The position numbers were made by a program, and so were the translations under genes. Shown here in pieces: positions 1 through 11,754 of a stretch of DNA of 64,000 nucleotides. Under the pieces are notes generated by a model. That model saw nothing but the letters and a program-made list of their open reading frames with translations, did no database searches and was not told the DNA's origin. Numbering within the stretch: position 1 is the first letter of the stretch; every line of letters begins with the position of its first letter. The stretch is from positions 68,122 through 132,121 of the forward strand of contig NZ_JBDWDI010000002.1 in the NCBI RefSeq assembly GCF_039977335.1, read 5' to 3'. This stretch comes from Parasphingorhabdus sp. (GTDB lineage Bacteria; Pseudomonadota; Alphaproteobacteria; Sphingomonadales; Sphingomonadaceae).

Positions 1-12
1 ACGGAGCGGACA

Positions 13-792
13 ATGACCCCCAAGGATATCACTCTCGCCGAAAAACTGGCCGAGGCCGCTGGTGAAGCGATCCGCCCGCTATTCCGTGCCAAGTTTGACC
101 AGGAATCGAAAAGCGATTCTACACCCGTCACCGAAGCAGATCGCGCCGCAGAAGCCGCGATGCGCAAGATTATCGAAACCGAATGCCCGGAAGACGGTAT
201 TATCGGTGAAGAATATGGAACGATCAACGAAGGCGCTTCCCGTCAATGGGTGCTCGATCCGATTGATGGCACCACCAGTTTCATCGCGGGCCGACCGATT
301 TTCGGAACGCTGATCGCGCTGATGCAGGATGGCTGGCCGGTTATTGGGATTATCGATCAACCGATTGCACGGGAACGCTGGATGGGTGTGGTGGGACGGC
401 CAACCACCTTTAACGGGGCGCAAGCAAAATCCGCGCGATGTCGTGATTTAAAGGACGCTGTCCTCGCAACCACAACACCGCATCAATTTGACGAGCATGA
501 TGCCGAGCATTTCATGGGTCTTGTCAGCAAAGTTGCGCCGCGCAAGATTATCTATGGCGGCGATTGCTATAATTACGGTCTGGTCGCTAGCGGTCATGTC
601 GATGTCGTCTGCGAAGCGGGCTTGATGTTGCATGATTATGCCGCGCTTGCCCCGATTGTCGATGGTGCTGGCGGGATGATGTGCGATTGGAATGGTGAGC
701 CGCTGCATGCTGAGGCAGACGGCCGTGTTCTGGCGATTGGCGATCAGGCGCGGATTGATGATGTGCTGGAGGCAATTGCATGCAACCATTAG
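13..792 (+). CDS. hisN: Histidinol-phosphate phosphatase, inositol monophosphatase family
   Basis: IMPase motifs GEE, WVLDPIDGT.SF and DYAAL; N-terminus ..PVTEADRAAEAAMR typical of HisN. Confidence 0.8.
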   Translation: MTPKDITLAEKLAEAAGEAIRPLFRAKFDQESKSDSTPVTEADRAAEAAMRKIIETECPEDGIIGEEYGTINEGASRQWVLDPIDGTTSFIAGRPIFGTLIALMQDGWPVIGIIDQPIARERWMGVVGRPTTFNGAQAKSARCRDLKDAVLATTTPHQFDEHDAEHFMGLVSKVAPRKIIYGGDCYNYGLVASGHVDVVCEAGLMLHDYAALAPIVDGAGGMMCDWNGEPLHAEADGRVLAIGDQARIDDVLEAIACNH

Positions 793-1688
793 AGCCTGTC
801 AGCAAAACCCGGTTTGTCGCGCCACCGCCGCCGCTACAGCGCTATCTGACAACCTATTATTTCTCAGAGATCGAGAGCGCGGATGGATCCGATGTTTCGG
901 ACCTTTTGCTGCCGCAATGGGCAAGCATTCGCTATATCTATCGCGGTAGCGTCAAAATGATGGGGCCGGACCAGAAGCTTCAGGATTCACCTCTTGCAGC
1001 CATGACCGGACCAACCAGTCTCGCCGCGCCTATTGCAAGCCAATCTGCGCGTATTGCCGCTTTTGGGCTGTTACCGCTGGGCTGGTATAAATTTGTCGGC
1101 CAACCAGCATCGCGCTGGGCCAATAAAGTCATTGATACGGAAACGGCGCATAAATTCGATCTATTCGCCAACATCTGGAACGCTATTCGGAACTTGGAAT
1201 CCGAAGCAGAGATGGTCGATATGTGCAATCACATGCTGCTAGAAGCCATGTCGCCAGCCGATCCGGAAGAGGAGTTGATCGAGGCCGCGCATCTTGCGCT
1301 CACCGACCCCATGATTGATAGCGTCGGTGCGCTTTGTGAACGCCTTGATATGGATACCAAACAGCTGAGCCGATTCTCGAATCGCGTTTTCGGCTTTCTG
1401 CCCAAATTGTTGCTGCGGCGACAGCGTTTCGTTCGCACATTGGGCGAAGCTCTGATGAACCCCTCACAAAGTTGGAGCGAATGCGTTGATCTCAACTATT
1501 ATGATCAAGCCCATTTCAATCGCGACTTCAAACGATTCATGGGACTCACACCGAGACAATATATGGCCCAGCCGCATCCGATTTTTGGCATCGGTGCTAG
1601 GGAACGGACCAAGGCCTTGGGCCGTCCGTTGCAGGCCATGGACAGGCCCGAAGACCCTGACTCGGAAGATAATTGTAACGCTGCCTGA
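780..1688 (+). CDS. AraC-family transcriptional regulator
   Basis: C-terminal HTH signature YYDQAHFNRDFKRFMGLTP. Confidence 0.85.
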   Translation: MQPLEPVSKTRFVAPPPPLQRYLTTYYFSEIESADGSDVSDLLLPQWASIRYIYRGSVKMMGPDQKLQDSPLAAMTGPTSLAAPIASQSARIAAFGLLPLGWYKFVGQPASRWANKVIDTETAHKFDLFANIWNAIRNLESEAEMVDMCNHMLLEAMSPADPEEELIEAAHLALTDPMIDSVGALCERLDMDTKQLSRFSNRVFGFLPKLLLRRQRFVRTLGEALMNPSQSWSECVDLNYYDQAHFNRDFKRFMGLTPRQYMAQPHPIFGIGARERTKALGRPLQAMDRPEDPDSEDNCNAA

Positions 1689-1834
1689 CTCTAAGCCCGA
1701 TAATCCAGCACCGTTTTTGCATTATTTCTTGCATTTCGGGCGAATCTAGCTATTGCCGCCCTTCCGATGTGACGCACTGGCCAGTGTTGGGCTGCCACAT
1801 GTGTCCGTAACGGTAACTTCTAGAGGAGACCAAA

Positions 1835-2035
1835 ATGCCCAAGTTGAAGACCAAAAGTGGTGTGAAGAAACGCTTCAAAATCACCGCAACCGGCAAGGTT
1901 ACGCATGGCGTAGCTGGCAAACGCCACCGTTTGATGAGCCATAACAGCAAATATATCCGGCAAAACCGCGGCACCAAAAACTGTGCTGATGCAGATGCTA
2001 AAACAATCAAGAAATGGGCACCTTACGGGCTTTAA
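1835..2035 (+). CDS. rpmI: 50S ribosomal protein L35
   Basis: [22 protein letters not shown]; SD GAGGAG upstream. Confidence 0.98.
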   Translation: MPKLKTKSGVKKRFKITATGKVTHGVAGKRHRLMSHNSKYIRQNRGTKNCADADAKTIKKWAPYGL

Positions 2036-2081
2036 CAGCACCGGAGTTTCCATCGCTTCACAAAATTCAAGGATATAGAAA

Positions 2082-2444
2082 ATGGCACGTGTAAAACGGG
2101 GTACGACCACTCGTACAAAACATAAAAGATTATTGGTACAGGCGAAGGGCTATTATGGCCGTCGCAAAAACACCATCCGCGTCGCGCGGCAGGCTGTCGA
2201 AAAAGCCGGTCAATATGCGTATCGCGATCGTAAAGTTAAAAAGCGGGCTTTCCGCGCTATCTGGATCCAGCGTATTAACGCTGCAGTTCGTGCAGAAGGC
2301 ATGACATACGGCACATTCATTCACGGCACGAAGCTCGCCGGCATTGAACTGGACCGTAAAGTAATGGCCGACCTGGCGATGAATGAACCTGCTATGTTTA
2401 GCGGCATCATCAAACAGGCGCAGGATGCTCTAGCGAAAGCTTAA
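2082..2444 (+). CDS. rplT: 50S ribosomal protein L20
   Basis: [25 protein letters not shown]; follows rpmI. Confidence 0.98.
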   Translation: MARVKRGTTTRTKHKRLLVQAKGYYGRRKNTIRVARQAVEKAGQYAYRDRKVKKRAFRAIWIQRINAAVRAEGMTYGTFIHGTKLAGIELDRKVMADLAMNEPAMFSGIIKQAQDALAKA

Positions 2445-2464
2445 GTGTTTCAATAATTTCAAAG

Positions 2465-2497
2465 AAGCGCCGGAGAGCAATCTCGCGGCGCTTTTTT
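2465..2497 (+). terminator. Intrinsic terminator after rplT
   Basis: AAGCGCCG-GAGA-GCAA-TCTC-G-CGGCGCTT stem with a GNRA loop, followed by a T run. Confidence 0.85.
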
Positions 2498-2555
2498 ATT
2501 GGGTTTTTCGCCGCAGCCTGCTTTAGACGGTCAGCAAAGAAAATAGGGTAAAGTC

Positions 2556-3671
2556 ATGAGTGACAGTGAAGCAATTAAAGAGAAATATCTCGGACAGGTA
2601 GAAGCGGCTGCCGACGGCGACGCTTTGGAAGCCATTCGCGTCGCCGCACTTGGTAAAAAAGGCGAGATATCGGCGCTGCTCAAAACGCTTGGCAAAATGA
2701 CACCCGAAGAACGTCAGAGCGAAGGCCCGAAAATTAATGGCGCTCGCCAAACCGTTGCGGATGCGATTGCCGCGCGTAAGGACAGCATCGAGACCGAAGC
2801 GCTGAACGCACAGCTTGCAACCGAAAAACTCGACATGACCCTGCCCTCGCCCAGCGGGCCCAAGGGCAGTATCCATCCGGTTAGTCAAGTCATGGACGAA
2901 CTGGCCGAGATTTTTGCGGATCTCGGTTTCTCGGTCGCAACCGGTCCGGAAATCGAAGATGACTGGCATAATTTCACCGCATTGAATATTCCGGAGACCC
3001 ATCCGGCGCGCGCGATGCATGATACATTCTATTTCCCGCAAACGGATGAAGGTGGCATGCCCAAGCTGCTGCGCACCCATACGTCTCCGGTACAAATCCG
3101 CACGATGATGGATGTTGCGAAACAGACAGATGGCGCTGGTGAGCCGATTTACATTATCGCACCCGGCCGAACTTATCGCAGCGACAGCGACGCGACCCAC
3201 ACGCCGATGTTCCATCAGGTCGAAGGTCTGGTGATCGACAAGGGTATTCACATGGGTCATCTCAAATGGACGCTTGAAACTTTTGTTCGCGCGTTTTTCG
3301 AGCGTGATGACATCACATTGCGTCTGCGCCCGAGTTATTTCCCGTTTACTGAACCTTCCGCTGAAGTGGACTTGGGCTTTACCGTTGAAAAAGGCCGCCG
3401 GATCATTGGTGGTGATCCGCGCAGCGAAAATGGCGGTTGGATGGAAATCCTGGGTTCCGGCATGGTGCATCCCAATGTCATCCGCAATTGTGGTCTTGAT
3501 CCTGATGTCTGGCAGGGCTTTGCCTTTGGTTGCGGTATCGACCGGCTCGCCATGCTCAAATATGGCATGGATGATCTGCGTGCCTTCTTTGACGGCGATC
3601 TGCGCTGGACCGAGCATTACGGCTTTGACGCGCTTGACGTACCCACATTGAGCGGAGGAGTTGGCGCATGA
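2556..3671 (+). CDS. pheS: Phenylalanine-tRNA ligase alpha subunit
   Basis: [52 protein letters not shown]. Confidence 0.98.
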   Translation: MSDSEAIKEKYLGQVEAAADGDALEAIRVAALGKKGEISALLKTLGKMTPEERQSEGPKINGARQTVADAIAARKDSIETEALNAQLATEKLDMTLPSPSGPKGSIHPVSQVMDELAEIFADLGFSVATGPEIEDDWHNFTALNIPETHPARAMHDTFYFPQTDEGGMPKLLRTHTSPVQIRTMMDVAKQTDGAGEPIYIIAPGRTYRSDSDATHTPMFHQVEGLVIDKGIHMGHLKWTLETFVRAFFERDDITLRLRPSYFPFTEPSAEVDLGFTVEKGRRIIGGDPRSENGGWMEILGSGMVHPNVIRNCGLDPDVWQGFAFGCGIDRLAMLKYGMDDLRAFFDGDLRWTEHYGFDALDVPTLSGGVGA

Positions 3672-6040
3672 AATTTTCACTAAGCTGGCTCAAAGCCCAT
3701 CTCGATACCGATGCGAGCCTCACCGAAATTACTGACAAGCTGACCGACATTGGTCTGGAGCTGGAGGGATTGGAAAATCCCGCCGATGCTCTGAAAGCCT
3801 TTCGCGTTGCCAAAGTGATCGAAGCAGGCCCGCATCCCAATGCGGATAAATTGCAATTGTTGAAGGTTGACGATGGTTCCAATGAGCCATGGCAAGTCGT
3901 GTGCGGTGCGCCCAATGCGCGCAAGGACATGATCGGCGTCTTTGGCCCTCCCGGCACCTATATTCCGGGCAGCGATTTCACATTGAAGCCAGCCAAAATT
4001 CGCGATGTCGAGAGTTTCGGCATGATGTGCAGCGCGCGGGAGCTGGAGCTGGGCGAGGATCATGATGGTATCATCGAATTGCCAGACGAGGCCGCATCTG
4101 CGGTTGGCACGAGCTATGCTGATTATGCAGATCTGGATGATCCGGTCATAGACGTTGCGATTACGCCCAATCGTCAGGATTGCATGGGCGTGCGCGGTAT
4201 TGCTCGTGATCTGGCGGCTACCGGTATCGGTACGCTCAAACCTCTAACGATCGGTGACGTCATGCGCAGTGGCGCAGGCCCTGATGTGCGCACCGATGAC
4301 CCTGAGGGTTGCCCGGCATTTTATGGTTGCACCATTAGCGGCCTCACAAACGGGACAGCGCCAGATTGGATGCAGGCCCGGCTTAAGTCTGCTGGTCAGA
4401 AACCGATTAACGCGCTGGTCGATATCACCAACTATGTCATGCTCGATCATGGCCGGCCTTTGCATGTTTATGATGTCGCAAAACTAAGCGGCGGACTAGT
4501 CGCACGCAAAGCCACAACAGGTGAAAAGCTCACAGCGTTAAACGACAAAGAATATGTGCTCGACGAGACCATGACCGTCATCGCCGATGACAATGGCGCC
4601 CACGATATTGGCGGCATCATGGGCGGCGCGGAGACAGGATCGGAAGAAACAACCACCGAAGTGTTGATCGAATGCGCCTTTTTCGATCCCGCTTCAATTG
4701 CCAAAACCGGTCAGAAATTATTGCTGACCAGTGATGCGCGTCAACGGTTTGAACGCGGCGTTGATCCAGCTTTTCTGAACGATGGCATTGATATAGCCAC
4801 AGCTCTGGTGCTGGAGCTTTGTGGCGGCAAGGCAAGCGAAGTGACTCGTGCGGGAACCCCGCCGACAGACACACTCACCATCAGCTACGATCCCAAGCAA
4901 TCTGCTACTCTGGGCGGCATTGATGTAACGCCTGAAAAGCAGAAATCCATATTGGAGGCCTTGGGCTTTGGGGTGGATGCAAGCTGGCAAGTGACTGTTC
5001 CCACATGGCGTCGTGACGTCGCGGGTTGGCAAGATCTGGTTGAAGAAGTGATCCGGATAGAAGGACTGGACTCCATTCCATCCACACCATTGCCGCGCAA
5101 AGCCGGTGTTGCCAAACCCACCGCATCGCCGGAACAGCTGGCTGAACGCAAAGCCCGCCGCGCTGCTGCTGCGCGTGGTCTCAACGAGACTGTGACGTGG
5201 AGCTTTATCTCCGACAAAGAGGCCGCGCCCTTTGGCGGTGGCAACTGGTCGCTCGCCAATCCGATCAGCGAAGACCTGAAAGTCATGCGGCCATCCTTAT
5301 TGCCCGGCTTGATCGCAGCGGCGCAACGCAACGCCGATCGCGGCGCATCGTCCATTCGCTTGTTTGAAGTGGGTCGGCGCTATCTGGAGTCCACCGAGCA
5401 TCAGACCATCGGTCTGGTGCTGGCGGGCGAAAATCGGGCCCGCAGCTGGCAATCCGGTGCAGCTACAAAATATGATGCTTTCGATGCCAAGGCCGAAGTG
5501 CTCTCGATTTTGGAAGCCGCTGGCGCGCCTACGGCCAAGCTGATGGATTTTGCTGAAGCAGGCGACCATTATCATCCTGGCCAATCCGGCACGCTGCGTC
5601 TGGGGCCCAAGAAAATATTGGCGGCCTATGGCGTGCTGCATCCGTCTGTGACCAAGGCCATGGGCCTGAAAGGCACAGCCGTGGCCGCCGAGATTTTCCT
5701 CGACGCCATACCGGTAAAGAAAGCCAAAGATCATATGCGTGAGGCCTTTGCCCCGCCCGCTCTGCAGGCGGTGACTCGCGATTTTGCTTTCATTGTCGAT
5801 GCAGACCTGCCAGCTGGCGATCTGGTGCGCGCAGTCAAAGGCGCGGACAAGAAACTGATCACGGGCGCGCGCCTGTTCGACCTGTTCGAAGGCGAGAGCG
5901 TGGGCGAGGGCAAAAAATCGCTGGCGGTGGAGATTACATTGCAGCCGACAGACGCGACCTTGACCGAAGAGGATTTGAAAGCCGTTTCGGACAAGGTTGT
6001 GGCCGGTGCAGCGAAGCTGGGTGCGGAATTGAGGGGTTAG
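3668..6040 (+). CDS. pheT: Phenylalanine-tRNA ligase beta subunit
   Basis: [30 protein letters not shown]-terminal RDFAF/FDLFEG; ATGA overlap with pheS. Confidence 0.98.
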   Translation: MKFSLSWLKAHLDTDASLTEITDKLTDIGLELEGLENPADALKAFRVAKVIEAGPHPNADKLQLLKVDDGSNEPWQVVCGAPNARKDMIGVFGPPGTYIPGSDFTLKPAKIRDVESFGMMCSARELELGEDHDGIIELPDEAASAVGTSYADYADLDDPVIDVAITPNRQDCMGVRGIARDLAATGIGTLKPLTIGDVMRSGAGPDVRTDDPEGCPAFYGCTISGLTNGTAPDWMQARLKSAGQKPINALVDITNYVMLDHGRPLHVYDVAKLSGGLVARKATTGEKLTALNDKEYVLDETMTVIADDNGAHDIGGIMGGAETGSEETTTEVLIECAFFDPASIAKTGQKLLLTSDARQRFERGVDPAFLNDGIDIATALVLELCGGKASEVTRAGTPPTDTLTISYDPKQSATLGGIDVTPEKQKSILEALGFGVDASWQVTVPTWRRDVAGWQDLVEEVIRIEGLDSIPSTPLPRKAGVAKPTASPEQLAERKARRAAAARGLNETVTWSFISDKEAAPFGGGNWSLANPISEDLKVMRPSLLPGLIAAAQRNADRGASSIRLFEVGRRYLESTEHQTIGLVLAGENRARSWQSGAATKYDAFDAKAEVLSILEAAGAPTAKLMDFAEAGDHYHPGQSGTLRLGPKKILAAYGVLHPSVTKAMGLKGTAVAAEIFLDAIPVKKAKDHMREAFAPPALQAVTRDFAFIVDADLPAGDLVRAVKGADKKLITGARLFDLFEGESVGEGKKSLAVEITLQPTDATLTEEDLKAVSDKVVAGAAKLGAELRG

Positions 6041-6043
6041 AAT

Positions 6044-7612
6044 ATGACCCAAACCAATCCACGCCGCACATTTGCTATTATCTCTCACCCCGATGCGGGT
6101 AAGACGACGCTCACGGAAAAACTGCTGCTGAAAGGCGGCGCCATTCACTTAGCGGGTGAGGTCAAGGCGCGTGGCGATAACCGGCGGGCGCGGTCCGACT
6201 GGATGAAGATTGAGCAACAGCGCGGGATTTCCGTGACCAGCTCGGTGATGACGTTTGAACGCAATGGCATTACCTTCAACCTGCTCGACACGCCGGGCCA
6301 TGAGGATTTTTCGGAAGATACTTATCGCACGCTGACCGCCGTCGACAGCGCGATCATGGTGATTGATGCGGCCAGCGGGATCGAAGCGCAGACCCTGAAA
6401 CTGTTCGAGGTCTGCCGCCTGCGCAGCGTGCCGATTATTACTTTCGTCAACAAGGTAGACCGCGAAGGCCGCGATCCATTTGAGCTGCTCGACGAAGTGG
6501 CGGACAAGCTTGCGCTCGACGTTTGCCCGATGAGTTGGCCGACCGGCATGGGCGGGCAATTTGAAGGTATTTATGACCTCAATCGCAACCAGCTGCACCA
6601 GCCGGATGGCGACAGCAAAGTATATGATGGCAAGGTCCAGCAATTTGACGGGCTGGATGATCCCAAACTGGCAGATGTGCTCAGTGACGAGGCATTGGAA
6701 CGACTCACCAGCGAAGGCGAACTGGCGCAAGGTGGCTATAACAGCTTTGATCTGGAAGCTTATCAAAATGGCGATCTCACGCCCGTCTATTTCGGCTCCG
6801 CACTCAAACAATTTGGTGTCGAAGAGCTGATCGAGGCGATTGCCGACTATGCACCTAGCCCTCGCCCGCAACCCGCCGAACCAGCCCCGATCGCGCCGGA
6901 CAGCAAGGATGTCACCGGTTTCATTTTCAAGATTCAGGCGAATATGGACCCGCAGCACCGCGATCGCATTGCGTTTATGCGGCTTTGCTCCGGCGAGTTT
7001 AAGCGCGGCATGAAGCTGACGCCTTCCGCGCTCGGCAAACCGATTGCCATTCACAGCCCGATATTATTCTTCGCGCAAGACCGTGAAATTGCCGACACTG
7101 CGCAACCTGGTGACATCATCGGCATCCCCAATCATGGGACACTGCGTGTCGGCGATACTTTGTCCGAGAAAAATCAGGTGCGGATTACGGGTTTGCCCAA
7201 TTTTGCGCCGGAAATATTGCGCCGGGTAATCCTGAAAGATCCAACCCAGACCAAGAAGCTCCGCAAGGCGCTTGATGACTTGTCAGAAGAAGGCGTCGTA
7301 CAAGTCTTCTATCCCGAAATTGGTGCCAACTGGATTATCGGCGTGGTCGGACAATTGCAGCTCGAAGTATTGGTCAGCCGCCTATCCGCAGAATACAAGG
7401 TCGAAGCCGGCCTTGAACCCGCTCCCTTTGAAACCGCCCGCTGGATCAGCGGCAATGATGAGGTGCTGAGCGCTTTCGCGAATATCAACCAGACCAGCCT
7501 TGCCAAAGACCGCGATGATAATCTGGTGTTCCTCGCCAAATCGGGCTGGGATGTAAATTATCAGGAAGAGCGGAACCCAGAGATTAAGTTTAGCGCGACG
7601 CGGGAACGATAG
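6044..7612 (+). CDS. prfC: Peptide chain release factor 3
   Basis: RRTFAIISHPDAGKTTLTEKLL, SDWMKIEQQRGISV, LLDTPGHEDFSEDTYR. Confidence 0.97.
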   Translation: MTQTNPRRTFAIISHPDAGKTTLTEKLLLKGGAIHLAGEVKARGDNRRARSDWMKIEQQRGISVTSSVMTFERNGITFNLLDTPGHEDFSEDTYRTLTAVDSAIMVIDAASGIEAQTLKLFEVCRLRSVPIITFVNKVDREGRDPFELLDEVADKLALDVCPMSWPTGMGGQFEGIYDLNRNQLHQPDGDSKVYDGKVQQFDGLDDPKLADVLSDEALERLTSEGELAQGGYNSFDLEAYQNGDLTPVYFGSALKQFGVEELIEAIADYAPSPRPQPAEPAPIAPDSKDVTGFIFKIQANMDPQHRDRIAFMRLCSGEFKRGMKLTPSALGKPIAIHSPILFFAQDREIADTAQPGDIIGIPNHGTLRVGDTLSEKNQVRITGLPNFAPEILRRVILKDPTQTKKLRKALDDLSEEGVVQVFYPEIGANWIIGVVGQLQLEVLVSRLSAEYKVEAGLEPAPFETARWISGNDEVLSAFANINQTSLAKDRDDNLVFLAKSGWDVNYQEERNPEIKFSATRER

Positions 7613-7622
7613 AGGAAAAATC

Positions 7623-8093
7623 ATGCCAGATATTTGGTCAGTCTATCTTTCAGGTGAAATCCACACCGATTGGCGTACAGAAATTGCCGAAGGCGCTGCT
7701 GCAAGAGACCTTCCCGTGCGTTTTTCTGGCCCGGTTACCGATCATCCTGCCTCCGATGATTGCGGCGTGACTATATTGGGCAGCGAAGACAAAAAATTCT
7801 GGCATGATCGCAAGGGCGCGCAAATAAATGCCATTCGGACGTCCACGCTGCTAAAAAAGGCAGACATTGTTGTTGTGCGCTTTGGTGAAAAATATAAGCA
7901 ATGGAATGCCGCTTTTGATGCGGGCTATGCCGCGGCATTGGGCAAACCACTGATCATCAATCACGGACCTGATATCGTCCACCCGCTTAAAGAAGTGGAT
8001 GCTGCGGCCTTAGCTGTCGCGGAAACACCCGTACAGATTGTCGAGATATTGGACTATGTGATCAACGGCAAATTGGCGGGTTATACGGATTAA
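7623..8093 (+). CDS. YtoQ family protein
   Basis: VYLSGEIHTDWR, VVVRFGEKYKQWNAAFDAGYAAALGKPLI, HPLKEVD. Confidence 0.8.
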   Translation: MPDIWSVYLSGEIHTDWRTEIAEGAAARDLPVRFSGPVTDHPASDDCGVTILGSEDKKFWHDRKGAQINAIRTSTLLKKADIVVVRFGEKYKQWNAAFDAGYAAALGKPLIINHGPDIVHPLKEVDAAALAVAETPVQIVEILDYVINGKLAGYTD

Positions 8094-8107
8094 AATTCGT
8101 GCCGTGA

Positions 8108-9901
8108 TTAGAAGATATAATAGATCGCGAAACAGGCCGCTAAGCCAACGCCAATATTGAGCGGCAAACCAATCCGGACAAAATCGGAAAACCGGTAATT
8201 GCCAGCGGTATAGACCAGCGTATTCGTCTGATAGCCCACCGGTGTCGCAAAGCTGGCCGATGCGCCGAACATCACGGCGACCAACAGGCTGCGGACATCC
8301 ACGCCGGTTTGTTCTGCAATACCGATCACCAGCGGCGTCATGATAACGGCAACTGCGTTATTGGTCGCGGTTTCGGTGAGCAGAGAGGTCAGCGAATAGA
8401 CCGCGATAATCAGCCAAAGCGGAGAGATCATGTTGAGTAGCGGCAGCAGCGCGTCAACAATCAGCTGCACCGTGCCAGCATTTTCTAACCCCTTGCCGAC
8501 CGCCAGCATGGCGAAAATCAGCACCAGCACGTTGCCGTCCATCGCGCCCCATGCCTCTTCGCTATCGATACATTTGGTCAGCAACACCACCGCAACACCA
8601 AGCATGGCCAAGGCAGCAATGGGCATCACGCCTAGCGCCGCCGCAATGATGATGATCGCCAAGGTCAATATGGCGACCGGTGCGCGCCGCCGCCGATAGG
8701 AACGTGCCTCTGGTTCCTGCAAATGCACGAGGTCGGCATTTTCCTGCAATGTGCTGATGGAAATATCATCGGTCTGCACCAGCAAGCTGTCGCCATGGCG
8801 GATGCGCGCATCGGATAGCGTTGGTCCGGCGATATGGCGCGGCCGCGAAAGGCCGAGCACGCGCGCAGGCACACGCGATAAAAAGGGCAGACTGGGTAAG
8901 GATTTGCCGACGGACCGGTGAGAGGGTCCAATGACCAGTTCGACCAGCCGCGTATGCTCATCACCCATCGGTGTGGCAGGCTGCTTGACGCCAGCATAGC
9001 CCAATGAAATTCCGTCAATTTCAGCCAGAGACAGCAATTCTTCCTGCGTCACTGCGGCAACCAGTGTCTCCCCGCCTTCCAGGATATGGTCGGAAAACTG
9101 GAACCGATCAATCTCGCGCCCGACCCGCCGTCCGATGATATCTACGCCAGAATGGGTGAACGCATTAATGCTGGAAATTTGCTTACCGACATAATCGCTG
9201 CCATCGCTTATTCGGATATCGGTCAGATATTGGGATTCCGGCATCTGGTCGGCGAGGCTTTCGCTGTCCCGTTTCGGCAGGAAAAGCGGTCCCAATATCG
9301 CGATCATGACTATCCCTGTCACTGCCGCAATAAGGCCGACCTGGGTTATCTCAAACAAACCAAAGGCTGCTTGCCCGTTTTCCTGGGCAACACCATCCAC
9401 CAGCAAGTTGGTTGATGTGCCGAGCAAGGTCAGGCTGCCGCCCAATATGGATATATAGGAGAGCGGAATGAGCAGCTTGCTCGCCGCAATGCCTGATACC
9501 TTGGCAATTTTGCGCATGATCGGGATCAGGATGATGACCACCGGCGTGTTGTTGACAAAGGCTGATGCTGTAAACGTCCCACCCAAGAAACCGCCAATAG
9601 CCATGAAAGGCCGGTTTTCCGCCTTGCGCGCAGCAAAACCGGCAAGCGCCTCGATCACGCCGGTCCGCACCAGCGCGCCGGACAAGATAAACATCGCCCC
9701 TATGGTCAGCGGCGCGGGATTGGAAAAGACCGACAGCATATCATCACTGCTCAGCAAACCAAGCAACAGCATCAGCCCAGCAGCAACAACGGCTGTAACC
9801 GCTGGCGGGCGCCGCTCGCCTACAAAAGCAGTGAACAGAGCAAATAATATCGCCAATCCGACATAGGGTTTCGCGATATCCCAATAAAATGCCCAATCCA
9901 C
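8108..9901 (-). CDS. SLC13/DASS family permease with TrkA-C domains
   Basis: SAFVNNTPVV, LLGTSTNLLV, ETATNNAVAV, FATPVGYQTN; multi-TM with a central soluble region; GTG start. Confidence 0.88.
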   Translation of the reverse strand: MDWAFYWDIAKPYVGLAILFALFTAFVGERRPPAVTAVVAAGLMLLLGLLSSDDMLSVFSNPAPLTIGAMFILSGALVRTGVIEALAGFAARKAENRPFMAIGGFLGGTFTASAFVNNTPVVIILIPIMRKIAKVSGIAASKLLIPLSYISILGGSLTLLGTSTNLLVDGVAQENGQAAFGLFEITQVGLIAAVTGIVMIAILGPLFLPKRDSESLADQMPESQYLTDIRISDGSDYVGKQISSINAFTHSGVDIIGRRVGREIDRFQFSDHILEGGETLVAAVTQEELLSLAEIDGISLGYAGVKQPATPMGDEHTRLVELVIGPSHRSVGKSLPSLPFLSRVPARVLGLSRPRHIAGPTLSDARIRHGDSLLVQTDDISISTLQENADLVHLQEPEARSYRRRRAPVAILTLAIIIIAAALGVMPIAALAMLGVAVVLLTKCIDSEEAWGAMDGNVLVLIFAMLAVGKGLENAGTVQLIVDALLPLLNMISPLWLIIAVYSLTSLLTETATNNAVAVIMTPLVIGIAEQTGVDVRSLLVAVMFGASASFATPVGYQTNTLVYTAGNYRFSDFVRIGLPLNIGVGLAACFAIYYIF

Positions 9902-9929
9902 GCTCTACTCCTAAACTATGGGTTACGAC

Positions 9930-10520
9930 CTAGTGCTTTAACAGGAAAACTGCATGCTCTGCGAGCAGATTGGCCATGCTGCGCCCGGTTTGTTTGTCGC
10001 CGCTAAGGAACCATTGGCCCTCTTGTTTCAACTTGCCATCGCGTACCAATGCGCGGAAATCGTCGATCGTTACATGGTGGATATTAGGCGTATCATACCA
10101 AGTCTGTGGTAATAGCCGTGTGACCGGCATCCGACCACCTATCAACAGCGACATACGCACCCGCCAATGAGCAAAATTGGGAAAGCTGACAAAGGCCTGC
10201 TTACCGATGCGTAGCAGTTCATCGACAATCACGTCCGGCCGGTGGGTCGTCTGCAACGTCTGGCTCAAGATCGCATAGTCGAAACTGCCGTCCGGATAAG
10301 CGGACAGGTCAGTATCTGCATCGCCCTGCACGACCGACAGACCTTTGCTCACCGCACTAGCAACATTGGCCGGTTCTATTTCCAGCCCGCGCGCATCAAC
10401 CTGCTTCTGATCGCGCAGCGCCGCCATTAAGGCACCGTCGCCGCAACCAATGTCCAGTATACGGGCATTGGGACTGATATTGTCGGCGATAACCTGCAAA
10501 TCAGGGCGGAGCTTACTCAT
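9930..10520 (-). CDS. metW: Methionine biosynthesis protein MetW
   Basis: [37 protein letters not shown]; follows metX. Confidence 0.93.
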   Translation of the reverse strand: MSKLRPDLQVIADNISPNARILDIGCGDGALMAALRDQKQVDARGLEIEPANVASAVSKGLSVVQGDADTDLSAYPDGSFDYAILSQTLQTTHRPDVIVDELLRIGKQAFVSFPNFAHWRVRMSLLIGGRMPVTRLLPQTWYDTPNIHHVTIDDFRALVRDGKLKQEGQWFLSGDKQTGRSMANLLAEHAVFLLKH

Positions 10521-11641
10521 GCGCCTTCTCCCGCTTTCAGAAAGCCATCAACAATCCGGTTCATCTCCGGATTTTCGAGCAGGAAGCTGTCATGACCAAA
10601 AGCGCTGGATAATTCGACAAAGCTTGCCGCCGCCCCTGCTCCATTGAGCGCATGGACAATGGTCCGCGATTCACTGGTCGGATAGAGCCAATCGGTATCG
10701 AAGCTGATCAGACAGAAACGCGTTTTGGATCCCTTGAACGCGTTGGCCAACGTGCCGCCATGGGCTTCGGCCAAGTCGAAATAGTCCATCGCCCGGGTGA
10801 TATAAAGATAGCTGTTGGCGTCAAAACGATCGACAAAGCTGATCCCCTGATGCCGCAAATAGCTTTCCACCTGAAAATCGGCATCAAAGCCGAAAGTCTT
10901 GCTGTCACGATCCTGAAGTCTTCGACCAAATTTTTCGGTCAGTCCTTCTTCGGAAAGATAAGTGATATGCGCCGCCATCCGCGCCACCGCAAGTCCACTG
11001 CTCGGTGGATCATCATCGGCATAATAGGCACCGCCGCGCCATCGCGGGTCGGCCATGATTGCCTGGCGCCCGACTTCGTGAAAGGCGATATTTTGCGCCG
11101 AATGACGGGCGGCGGAGGCGATAATCACCGCTGATTTGACCCGCTCCGGATAGAGCGCAGTCCAGCTTATCGCCTGCATTCCGCCCATCGATCCGCCGAT
11201 GACGGCATGAAGCCGTTCAATGCCGAGATGGTCGAGCAACAGCGCCTGCGCCCGCACCATGTCGGCGATTGTGAGGACCGGAAAATCCATACCCCAAGGC
11301 TTTTCCATCGCCGGATTGATCGTCGCCGGGCCGGATGAACCCATGCAGCTACCGATGACGTTCGCGCAGATGACGAAATGCCTGTCGGTATCAACCGGTT
11401 TACCCGGACCGACCATGCGGGTCCACCACCCGTCCTTGCCAGTCATCGGATGCGCGGAGGCAACATATTGGTCACCGGTCAGCGCGTGGCAAATCAGCAC
11501 CGCATTGCTGGCATCGGCGTTGAGTTTGCCATAAGTCTCATAGGCAAGATCCACAGGCGCTAGTTCGCTGCCGCTATCCAGCGGTAACGGTCCCAGCAAA
11601 CGGACCTCTTTATCCAGCCCAAAACGTGCATCTTCACTCAT
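10517..11641 (-). CDS. metX: Homoserine O-acetyltransferase
   Basis: [32 protein letters not shown]. Confidence 0.95.
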   Translation of the reverse strand: MSEDARFGLDKEVRLLGPLPLDSGSELAPVDLAYETYGKLNADASNAVLICHALTGDQYVASAHPMTGKDGWWTRMVGPGKPVDTDRHFVICANVIGSCMGSSGPATINPAMEKPWGMDFPVLTIADMVRAQALLLDHLGIERLHAVIGGSMGGMQAISWTALYPERVKSAVIIASAARHSAQNIAFHEVGRQAIMADPRWRGGAYYADDDPPSSGLAVARMAAHITYLSEEGLTEKFGRRLQDRDSKTFGFDADFQVESYLRHQGISFVDRFDANSYLYITRAMDYFDLAEAHGGTLANAFKGSKTRFCLISFDTDWLYPTSESRTIVHALNGAGAAASFVELSSAFGHDSFLLENPEMNRIVDGFLKAGEGA

Positions 11642-11754
11642 AAATTCAGTGGCTAAGGACCGATTGCGCGCCGGTCAAACGATATTGCGGTTGACTGACA
11701 AGCTGTGGCGGCTAGTCCGGCTGCATATTCAGACATAAGCATTGAGAGTCTCCT

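Noticed and set aside
2523-7054. Long antisense ORFs opposite pheS, pheT and prfC (and similar ones opposite gltD, gltB, the NMO gene, proA and yidC)
   Set aside because: Shadow frames of GC-biased coding genes; no recognisable motifs or SD.
11642-11754. Possible SAM-II/SAM-alpha riboswitch upstream of metX
   Set aside because: The minus strand has TTTGACCGG and a small GACCG/CGGTC hairpin, but the downstream GCTAAA pseudoknot element is not on the right strand, and the space is shared with the hisC promoter.
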